Assembly (NCBI RefSeq): GCF_001194135.2
Contig: NC_068987.1
Location: 95,768,298 to 95,832,297, forward strand
DNA: 64,000 bases
Direction of reading: 5' to 3'
Source of the DNA: Octopus bimaculoides
Lineage: Eukaryota
Positions 40,712 through 51,300 of this stretch are shown piece after piece. The notes under the pieces are model-generated. The model ran no database searches, was not told the origin of the DNA, and worked only from the letters and a program-made list of their open reading frames with translations. Each line of letters starts with the position of its first letter. Position 1 is the stretch's first letter. A program made the translations under genes and the position numbers.

Positions 40712-40972
40712 TCATTGATTAGAGAACAAACATCAAATTCGAGCCAACAACTTTATATAATCCCACACTTCTATACATTTCATCGTATACAAATAATACC
40801 CTGGTCTTAAACATATAAAAGGAATATATATATAAGCACCTTCTGTGCTTATATATGTATTTCTTTTATATGTTGAATGCCATGGTATTCTTTGTATATG
40901 ATGAAATGTATAGAAGCATGGAATTTTATGAAGTCATTGGCCCGAATTTGATGTTTGTTCTCTAATCAATGA
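40712..40972. repeat. About 260-bp imperfect palindrome
   Basis: Arms pair from tcattgattagagaac/gttctctaatcaatga inward to ataagcac-cttct-gtgcttat; centre 40842. Confidence 0.9.
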
Positions 40973-41100
40973 TCTTTATATATATATATATCTTTTATTT
41001 ATCTAAGTCACTAGACTGTGACCTTGCTGGGGCACCATCTTTGAACAACTCGTTCCAGTTGAATGAATCAACCTCAATACTTATTTTGTTGTTAAGCCTG

Positions 41101-41325
41101 GTTGACTCTAAGGCCCTTCGATTCTAGTTCCTGCTTCTACACCTGAAACTTCTCCTCTAGTTCTGATAGTGACTCAGCAATTAGTGCAAGGTCGTCAGCA
41201 TAGAGAAGCTCCCAGGGGCATCCTGTCTTGAATTCATCTGTTATCGCCTGGAGGACTATGATGAATAGGAGGGGGCTGAGGACAGAACCTTGGTGGACCC
41301 CTACCTCTATGCAGAATTCTTCACT
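41101..41325 (-). mobile_element. Isolated internal RT fragment of the same RTE family
   Basis: Highly similar to 31230-31505. The minus strand reads VGVHQGSVLSPLLFIIVLQAITDEFKTGCPWELLYADDLALIAES. Confidence 0.85.
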
Positions 41326-43566
41326 GGTAATGGTAAGAAGGAAAAAAATTAATGTGATAGGGAAAAAAAATGTAATTTTTGGGGAACGGTGTCCTAAAAT
41401 TAATCATAAACATGTTTCACATATAAGCAAACAAAATTTCGGGGTTGCTTAGTGTAATAGAAATGATTTTATTATTGTTATAGTATGGAGTTCTTTCAGC
41501 AGTAATTGTTTGTTATTCATCATTTAACGTATGTACACATTAAGAAGTCTCAAGACATTGCTGTTAATTTTCCTAGCAAATATAGCTGTTGTATTGTTTG
41601 ATATTTTCCTTGTCTGTGTGACCACATTGTTGTTTCACTCATGCTTAGCCTGTATGCTTCACTTGAGTGAAGCATAACAATGTAGCCACACAGACAAGGC
41701 ATGAAACACTTGTGATTCTGAGGTACCTCCTGATGATCTGGAAGGGTTTTTGACATTGTGGTGGTTTTTGTTACTTTTAGAACTTGCAATATCTCTAAGT
41801 AGCTCCTACAGTTTCTGTACAAGGCAAAACATCTCTAATGTTTATTTCACCTATACTCTCTCTCTCTCTCACACACACACACATTTTATATTGTTTTATT
41901 TCTTGAGTTTCATGTATATGCATGTTTGAATGAGTTTTGAGAGGTGAAACTTGAAGTCAACAGTTAACCTTTTTATTATTATCAAAAAAATTCTGCTGGT
42001 TTGTAACTTGCACTTTATTCTTGGGTACATGTGACACTGATTCCAAATTTATTACCAGTTTTGCTTGATTGTCATCAGCTTTGGAGATGTAGTACTGCAT
42101 TAGTAATTGTAACTTAAAAATAAGCATGAAGCATATAAAATCATCAGTCACTCAATTCATGAGACATTGTTTTGTATAGGACTTTCTAGATTGAAATATA
42201 CCCATGACAGTCTTATTGAAGATTCCAGTTGTAATTTATCGTTGAGTGCATTCCATCTTCTCTTCATTGTGTTAATATTCTGATGAAACCTTTATCTTCC
42301 CATACATTATCAAGTTTTACTGGAAAGTGTTCTAAGTGACAATAGAGATAATGGGCTTTGATACTTGTTACAGCTAAGTTTATTAAAATCAAAAAGCATG
42401 TCTTCTCCCCATTTAGAATCTGCCTAATGGTTGCCAAGAAAGTTTAAAATAAATAGAACAAACCAGGACCATGCATGACTCATTGATACCTACTGAATCT
42501 GAAATTAGAATTTATGAGCCCTTTTACTTTTCCAGGGATGGTTGTGGTGGACATAAAAGATCTTTGCCTTACAGTAAACGTTGTCAAAGCTGATACTTCT
42601 TAGTTCAATAGCTTGACTGTAAGCTTTTGTGAGGGAATAAACTGAATTAATAATTGTGATCAGCCAACCCATGCCAACATAGAAAGCAAACATAAAACGA
42701 TGTTGATGTAGTTATCTTAATAGTATGTCATATATCAATAGCAATGATATTATTATGTTAGTATCAAAATAACTGATATTTATTAGAGATGATAAAACAA
42801 AACTAATGTGTCTCAACTACATCCCAAGAATGTCTTACTTCTAATGGATCAAAATGCAAGGTGCAGCTGAGGTTCCTAATCTCAGTGCACAAATGGATGC
42901 ATCAGCATATAGGAGTCTGCAGTTAATTCTCAAGCTAGAGAGGATGTAGCCGAAATATTTGGAACCAGAACGCCTTAATATACTAAAGAATAGGTATAAC
43001 TTCCAAGACACTCAAATGTGTCATTGAAATCAGGTAGATAGGCTATTCTTAAAAATGAGAATATATTACAGAACAAAAAAAAATTAACGTGATAAGAAAA
43101 AAAAATGTAATTTTTGGGAAACAGTGTCCTAAAATTAATCATAAACATGTTTCACATATAAGCAAACAAAATTTCGGTTGCTCAATGTAACAGAACTGAT
43201 TTTATCATTGCTATAGTACGGAGTTCTTTCAGCAGTAAATGTTTGCTATTCATCATTTCACGTACGCACACATGAATTTGAGTAAATAAAATAACAAATT
43301 TAAGATATGGTCTAATAATTTTCCTTTTCTATTTTGGGGGAAAGAATGTCAAAGACTAAGACTTAAGGCGAGATTAGATATAAAATAGCACTTGAATAGA
43401 TTAATAAGAGTTAATAAAAGGAAAGAATGTTAATTAAAATAAAGAATCACAATGTAATTAGCCACCGTTAAACTGGAGAGTTTCACTGCTAAGCCTACCA
43501 CTAGTTATCTTCCCTTGGCTTGTCCACCACCATTTCTTCAGCTCACTATAATATCGCTCTAACTTC

Positions 43567-43712
43567 ATGACGATGGTAAATCGTGCAGTTCTTGACCGCA
43601 TTAGAGGTGGTTACAGAATTTTTGTCGGTGATCTAGGCAGTCGAATTGGCAAGAATGAATTAGAGAGGCAATTCAAGTCGTTTGGACCCATAACCGATAT
43701 ATGGGTTGCCAG
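43567..43712 (+). CDS. First coding exon of an SRSF3/SRSF7 (Rbp1/9G8)-type RRM splicing factor; the rest of the gene is not visible
   Basis: MTMVNRAVLDRIRGGYRIFVGDLGSRIGKNELERQFKSFGPITDIWVA(R) resembles the SRSF7 RRM N-half ([32 protein letters not shown]). Strong donor ccag|gtaaga. In-frame upstream stop at 43549-43551. Confidence 0.8.
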
Positions 43713-44101
43713 GTAAGATTTAAATAAAAAACCATTTTTTTTCGACCCCAACCAAGATTCTTTCCCCCCATCTTTTATCTCTTCTTAATGTCTTCCTCCA
43801 ATTCTACTAAAGCTATCTTTTAATTCTTTTGCTGGACTCTTTCCCCTAATGTTTCTATATTTCACTTTTGTGGCTGATTCTCTCTTTTTTTGTCTTATTA
43901 TTAATACTAAACATCGTTAACTCTATTTTGGGGGTTTCTCTTTAATTCCCTTGTTTTACACAGAGCCGATTCTCTTCCCCGAACTATCTTATATATATAT
44001 ATATATATATATATACATGCAAACATTTGTATGTATATATATATATATATATGTACATGCAAACATTTGTATATATATGTATATACATACATGCAAACGT
44101 T

Positions 44102-44140
<39 letters not shown>

Positions 44141-46576
44141 GCGTGCAAACGTTTGTATATATATATATATATATCTGTTTCATACTTATACAATTTTTGC
44201 CCTCCCCCTCTTTGTATATCTATGTCTCTATTTCTTTTCTTTACATTAATCTCTATTTTTCCATTCCTCGATGTCATTTACATGTTTATTACTGCGCGAT
44301 TTCATCTCATGATGAAACAGAGTTTCTCTGTAATTTCTAGCATCTCGGAGCAGGTAAAAAAATACGCACATATAAATGCGTGCGTATTTATGTGTAAATA
44401 TTTTATTTCCGCTGATGTTTAAAAATAAAATATAGAGAATTTCATGGTGGAGAAAGTCAAACAAGGGAATAATTTACATTTTTTTTTAACATGACGAAAG
44501 GTTTCCAATAGAAACCTAAACTACCNNNNNNNNNNTATATATATATATATATAGCGCGAGCGCGTATAAATATATATGTGTGTGTGTGTGTGTGTATGTT
44601 GTAATATTGTAAAGCTAATGAGAAAAATGTTTGTTTTTTTGTGTGTGTGATTTGAAGAAAGATATAATAAAATGGTAATAGAGAGAGAAAATGCTCCATA
44701 ATCAGATTTATTTACTTATCGTGTTCCTGGAAACTACGAGACAAACTGAGAGTGAAAAATGTCAATTTTCAACATTTTATCTTGAGATTGGCGGTGTCTG
44801 TGTGCATGTATTATATGAAATTGACGGCTAAGATTTCAATAAAAGAGGAGTGAGTGGGTGGTTTTTAGTCCCTTTTTCATTTAAACTGGCACTTTAAAAT
44901 ATTTAATATATAGGTGTTTGTAGGAATGTATATATATCTAGAATTGCATATATGTTGTGTTAATGTCTATTACGGTGATCTCTTTTGCCCGTCTGTTTCA
45001 TAACTGATGTTACGAGACGGAAGCTTGAAAAAAAAAAAAGGTAAACCACCCATTTCATGGCTGCAATCGTCATTTTTTTCCCTCCTCAAACGCGTCGGAA
45101 GTGGAGACACCATTTCAGTATGCATGAAAAGAATTAGTATTCCACAAAACCTTCTTACTTCTGTTTTTTTCATTTTGAGTTTTATATAATAAACCTGATA
45201 TGGTTAATGTTATATATGCGTACACGCACTGAGTGTGTTTTTCTAAAAAATTATTTAAATGGCCTTGTTAACATTATCCTCTGTACTTTTGGAAAAAAAA
45301 TCTAGCTGTGTTTTTTAATTATCATTTCTTGTGGAAAATGTTTTGGTAAATTTTTATCAAGTGCTAAGGATTACGCACCTTTTGTTAACCCCTCCTCGCA
45401 AAAAAACAAGAAGCTTGACCTTCTAAAAATAGCAACCTAAATTCCCCTCTGTTGACTTTTATATAAAAAATACGGGTTTTCATTAGCTAACGTAGTTCTA
45501 GATATAATAGCAAAAACTATAGTCGCGACTGGAAAGTCTTTCATCATCAGTTTGCTCAGTGAGGATAAATAAACATTAGAAGTAAAAGTAGCGGTGTAGG
45601 AGACACCCAGTTTTATGGAAATAATGTTGATGGTAATCTATTTTTGTCTATCAACTACACCATACGTACCCTTCAGTTTAGCATGCTGCCCTTATTGATA
45701 TGTGTGGGTGTGTATTTGGAATAGTTTTAATAGGACGGGTTGTACTGATAGCATCATTGTATCTATTCTATATCTCGTTCCTTTCTACTGGCATTTGTTT
45801 TTTTTTTTTACTTCTATCTACATCTATCGACCGTTATTATCCATTTTATCGCTCGTATAAATGTGAAGGATCGGTGTCTTTCTCTGACGATTCACTGTTT
45901 AAGTATCCATTTTGTAGTTTCTATTTCTAGAGAAATACAATTGTACGTGGTCTTCTTTACAGCAAAGGTACACTCCTGTACTGTTCATGTACAAACGTTT
46001 GTCGGTTAAAATGCAAGACGTCTAGATATGACCTAGAGAATGAGGTTCAGCTAGAAGTTTTCATTAAATAGTGTTACCTCTGTTTCTGTAGCCACGATTT
46101 TGTATGTGCTGTTAGTTATGCGTGTATGTTATTGATTGTGTTTGCCTGACTACATATCAGAGTGTGCGGGCGACACTTATGCGTGCGTGCGCACTTTGTG
46201 AGTATGCGGAAGTGTCTGACTAGACCTGAATTGTGTAAATGCGCGAATATAGCTAACGTGTATATCTGTGAATGACCCTAACTATATATAATTGTAGTCT
46301 CACGTATTCCAAAATAAAGTATATGGTCATCTTGGCAATCGGAAATAATATTTTGGTCATCACGCTGCCAACCTTTGTGTCTGTTTCTTACCTAGTTTTT
46401 GAACTATTGTTGATGTAATTGTACGATCTCCTTAGATTTAGGAATTTAATCATCTAGTTCCCTTTAGATGGTAGACCGTTGAAAGAGATTTGACTGCAAC
46501 ATAGGACATGTCAAATGGCTAAATGGAAGTTTCCTTGTTGCCAAGTTATCTATTTTCTTTGTTTAAACCTCCTCTC

Positions 46577-46771
46577 GGTACTACTAAAGCAGCGCGGACC
46601 CGAACGCGCAGTCGCGCGTCCGCGCTAGCTAGTCGTGAGTGGTCGATCCTAACCCTAACCCGAAACACGTATTCATTTGCACACGCGGGTTAGGGTTAGG
46701 ATCGACCACTGAAGACTAGCTAGCGCGGACGCGCGACTGCGCGTTCGGGTCCGCGCTGCTTTAGTAGTACC
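46577..46771. mobile_element. Palindromic MITE with 9-bp TSD (MULE- or Merlin-type inferred)
   Basis: 86-bp arms (46577-46662 and 46686-46771, 2 mismatches) and a 23-nt spacer. Flanked by an identical CCTCCTCTC at 46568-46576 and 46772-46780. Termini GG...CC. Confidence 0.85.
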
Positions 46772-49649
46772 CCTCCTCTCTTACCAAGACGAAGATGAGC
46801 AAAGTTTTTTTTTTTTTCATTTTATTTTCAAAAGTCTTTGTGGAGCGCTTATGTCCGAAACGTTAACGTTTCTATATATCTAATCTTTAACCATTCATTG
46901 TGTTCGTGTTACTTTTCACGCTTATTAAACAATTCTTATAGAATATTTACATAAATAGGAGGGTCACAGTGGAAGGCTACTCTGGGCTAACTTGTTACCT
47001 TTGTGCTTAAAATCCCTTTGTTACCATATTTCTTATGGAATACGAAGAAAATAAGACCTTGAAGTAGTTTAATAAAATAACTGACTTTTCCTGTTATTAA
47101 GCTGATGTGTGGAACATAGCAAAACAGTTTTTGTGCTGGAGGTTTTAATTTTTTAACATACTACTTGAAATTTAGCAGTTTTATGTTATAGATATGGAGC
47201 AGTCTCAGCTCTGGTTGATTATGAAGACTAGTTAAAATGTTAGCTATACCCACTGCATCTTACTGCCATATTAGTCTTCTTCCTCTTCTCTAAAGTGAGA
47301 GTATGTGGGAGAGCTGTGAAGGTTGTGAATACTAACCTTAGACCATGGACTAGTAGATAGATGGGTGGTTAAGAGGTTCTTTATGCAGCTACTCTGTTTC
47401 CAGTTGATTGCACTGCATGGCACCTAGAGCGATTGTTTTCTGCCATAGCTTCAGACTGAGCTTCTGAATGAAATTTGGCAGTGAAAACTGTAGAAACTTC
47501 TTGTTTCTATTTTGGGTGGCAAACTTATGCCTTGGCCTGGTTTGTAATCACCACCTGGTACTTGAGTGCTTGTAGCATTGTCCATTCTATTGCAAGCATT
47601 CAGGGTAGAAATCCAATCTGAGAATGCCTTCTTTCCTACCAACGTTAGATGCCCTGAAAAGTGTCGTGTTATGGATACTACCTTTCCTCCACCGACTTGT
47701 TTAGTGGGTGGGGGTTAACACTCTAAAAAAAATCCATTTATCACTTGAAAAAAATTTACAACTAGCTTCTTCAAATATAATTTTGTTTGCAAAATAAATG
47801 GGATCTGTGACACTTGAAATTCAGTGATTAATTCTCTGTCATGCTACCCTGATGTATACATGGTGATTTTTATTCAAATCTGCAATTTAGTTATGTGCCT
47901 TTAGGCAGCTGAATGAAGTGTCTCTGTTTCTTCAAATGGTTGTATGAAGCAGCAAAATTCACCAGAATTTGAATAATATGATGTTTTTTACTCTACAATT
48001 AAAGACCCCTAACTGCCTTAAGATATTTGTCTTGCACTGTCATTAATTCTTATAGATATAATTTCCGTACTATTGCATATGTATTTTTTCATATATAACA
48101 AATGATTGAGACTCACTAACAACATGCTGTATTAAAACCGAGCAAAATAGTCTATTTATCGAAATATCCCTTATAACATCAACTGAGAAGATTCGTCTGC
48201 ACTGAGGGATTCACTATGACCATTTGTACAGTATCCCACCCATGAGGGATTGATGTCTCTATCATTTGTTATATATTCAACATACACTGAGGAATTCCTG
48301 CTGTAGATCCAGTGATAATTGTATTAATACCATGGATGACGTCAGGTAGCCATAGGCAGTGAATGTGCTTCGTCGGCTTACTACTAGGAACATATCCAAC
48401 ACTTAAATATTTACTTATTTTTTTCATATATACACACATGGTTTTACCTATTCTGTTGCTTTGTATATTTTTATCTTTACCAATGAAGGTACCCCTCTCC
48501 CTTGTTTTTACATTATTTAATATTTTTTGCCAGTCAATCAGCATTCACTGACATTTGAACATTTTCATTATATACCAACTTTCATATTCTGTTCTACATA
48601 ACTGTCTGAAGATAAGCAACAAAAACATGGAATAATGATTTGTAAAGCTCTGCTTTCAATAAATTCTTTTCACCAATCTCTAAGTATATTTAACATATCA
48701 TCTAGTTTTCAATTTCAGTGTTGCAAACTGTAGAAAGGTTGGTAGACTGCTATCATTCTGATAATTTGCCAAAATTTTAAACTCCCTGGGTTGTGTGTGT
48801 GTGTGCGTGTAGACCAGCATTACCATTTGGAAGGCATTCCTCATTCAAGTTCAAATGTTTAATATATTTTAAAAAACTGCTTTATGTAAATTTAGTGGTT
48901 ATTTGTTACAGCCTATGCTTGTTTTTTAAGATGGTCTTTCTGCCACTGATACTATGGCTAATAATCTCTGAGGGACTTTGGTAGCTTTCAGCCAGTGGAG
49001 GCCCAGGCCATGCCTAACTTAATAGCACCACCCGGTGAAGTCTTTTAGTCATATATGGGGCACCATGGCCCACTCTAGTACAGAGTGGTCTGTTTGATTT
49101 AACACATTTGACACTGATAAATGCTGATGTCAGATATGCTGAAAAAAGACCTTTAGATCTTTAGCAGACAAATTACTTTCATGGAGTGATGATGAAAACA
49201 GCAATCTGACCACTTGACTACTTTTTTTTTTTTTTTCCATCTTTCATTTTTTTTGAGGATTCCTGTCATTGTAAAACTGATAAATTTTAAATTTTAATTT
49301 TAACAAAGGCAACATATGCATACATGCTCGACCAGTGTAATATAGCATTTTTATTTCAGCCATACCCTTTCACTAGGAATGNNNNNNNNNNNNNNNNNNN
49401 NNNNNNNNNNNNNNNNNNNNNNNNNNNNNNNNNNNNNNNNNNNNNNNNNNNNNNNNNNNNNNNNNNNNNNNNNNNNNNNNNNNNNNNNNNNNNNNNNNNN
49501 NNNNNNNNNNNNNNNNNNNNNNNNNNNNNNNNNNNNNNNNNNNNNNNNNNNNNNNNNNNNNNNNNNNNNNNNNNNNNNNNNNNNNNNNNNNNNNGGTCTC
49601 ACCTACTTTTTAACACATTAGTGCTGTAGGGTTGGTGTATATTAATTAT

Positions 49650-49925
49650 ATTACTCGAGCGAGATCATTGCCAGTGCCCCTGGACTGGCTCTTGTGCGGG
49701 TGGCACATAAAAGACACCATTTCGAGCGTGGCCGTTTTCGTGCGGGTGACACGTAAAAGCACCCACTACACTCTCTGAGTGGTTGGCGTTAGGAAGGGCA
49801 TCCAGCTGTAGAAACTCTGCCAAATTAGATTGGAGCCTGGTGTAGCCATCCGGTTGCACCAGTCCTCAGTCAAATCGTCCAACCCATGCTAGCATGGAAA
49901 GCGGACGTTAAACGATGATGATGAT
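49650..49925 (+). mobile_element. RTE LINE 3' end (5'-truncated insertion) with (TGA)n tail
   Basis: ...gcatggaaagcggacgttaaacgatgatgatgatg. The same tail occurs at about 1-120, 2720-2890, 8826-8930, 19672-19790, 24055-24200, 39829-40027, 51300-51470, 54208-54430 and 61154-61388. Confidence 0.85.
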
Positions 49926-51145
49926 GTATCATTATTGGGATTTCTTTGAAGTTTCTATCATACTGTCATTTATTGTATTTGCAAATCTTGGCTAGATCAG
50001 TGGGTTTTCAACAAGGTAGGAAAATATCTGGACATGGGCAAAATTATCTGTTTAATATTTGCAGTCTTTGCATTTTGAAATATAGTGTCTGCTACTCTGC
50101 TCGAAGTATTCATAAATTAAAAAGAAAGTGCTAGTCAGTTATAGAGCCAGATGCAATTACAAAAAAATAAATTGGTTTGAAATTACTTGCTGCTGTAAGT
50201 AAACTTTAGTTTGTTGTTTTGGTACTATAATCTTGTCAAAGTTCAAATGCTTGAATCAACTTCCACGGTCATTACCTATTGTATCAATCTCTTTGAGAAA
50301 TAGACTTTTGACTGGTGGAAATGTTTGATTAAGGTAATCTGAATTTCACCACAGCTGTTTAATATTATCAGTATCACTTCATGTAATCAGATTGCTGTTT
50401 TCGTCATCACTACATGAAGTAATTTGTCTACTAATGATCTAAAGGTCTTTTTCAGCATATTTGACATCAACATCTATCAGTGTCAGATGTGTTAAATCAA
50501 ACAGACCACTGTCATTTGAAAATCTCTATCTTTCTCTCCTTTCTTTCCTGGAGTATTTATTTCAGATTTATGGCTTGTAAGCTTTGTGTGTGTTTGAATT
50601 TTAGGTAGAGTACAGAATAGTATACTGGTAGTAATTATAATAAGGTTACAGCAGAAGAAATGAAAGTCATTGTTCCATAGTTTATTTATGTAGAGGTACA
50701 GAAAGTCTTCAAAGGAAATGAAATGGAATGAAATTTGAAGACTTCTGTATTAAGAAATTAAAGAAAAGTTTCTTGATTGGAACTTCGTCTTGTTTCACAG
50801 ATTATTCAATAGGTTTTAAAATAATAACCTCCTGTAATCTATTACTTTCCTTGTACACCCCTTCCCTTTTAAAATTTTTTTAATTTCCTTTTTACACAGT
50901 TTCTCTATGCATCCCTTTCTGATGAAGGACTAACAGCTGAAATGTTAAGACATCAACCTAAATGTTAACCTAATTTCTTTTTTTTTGTGAAACTTTGTTC
51001 TGGTTATGTGATAAGTTTACTCCCCAACCACATGGTTCTGGGTTCAGTCCCACCATGTGTCATCTTAGGCAAGTTTCTTCTACTAAATCCCCAAGCTGAC
51101 CAAAGCCTTATGAATGGATTTGATAGATGGAATCTGAAAGAAGCC

Positions 51146-51300
51146 TATCATAAGGACAAAATGAATACTACCAACCTTAGTAAGCTAATTTGGGCACTAA
51201 AAGATAGTAGCAAAGTATTTTCAATTGTTTGGGAAGTAATTAGTAAAGCAAAGCCTTAAAGAATAGGTGATAATAGATGTGACCTTTGTGTGGAAGAAAT
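51146..51300 (+). mobile_element. Fragment of a second Penelope-like lineage (region C-terminal to GIY-YIG)
   Basis: TTNLSKLIWALKDSSKVFSIVWEVISKAKP*RIGDNRCDLCVEE resembles the PLE motif TxLSKxIWxLK...IxWxI...C.LC..EK. Confidence 0.6.

Noticed and set aside
44309-44416. C/D snoRNA candidate (ATGATGA ... CTGA)
   Set aside because: No terminal stem, no clear C'/D' boxes, and no recognisable rRNA or snRNA antisense element.
46648-46700. Interstitial telomere or chromosome-fusion scar
   Set aside because: Only about two repeat units per arm, embedded in TIRs with a TSD; better explained as part of a transposon.
46835-46875. ccgaaacgttaacgtttc as part of a hammerhead
   Set aside because: Only the GAAACGTT half is present; there is no upstream CUGANGA core or stem I.
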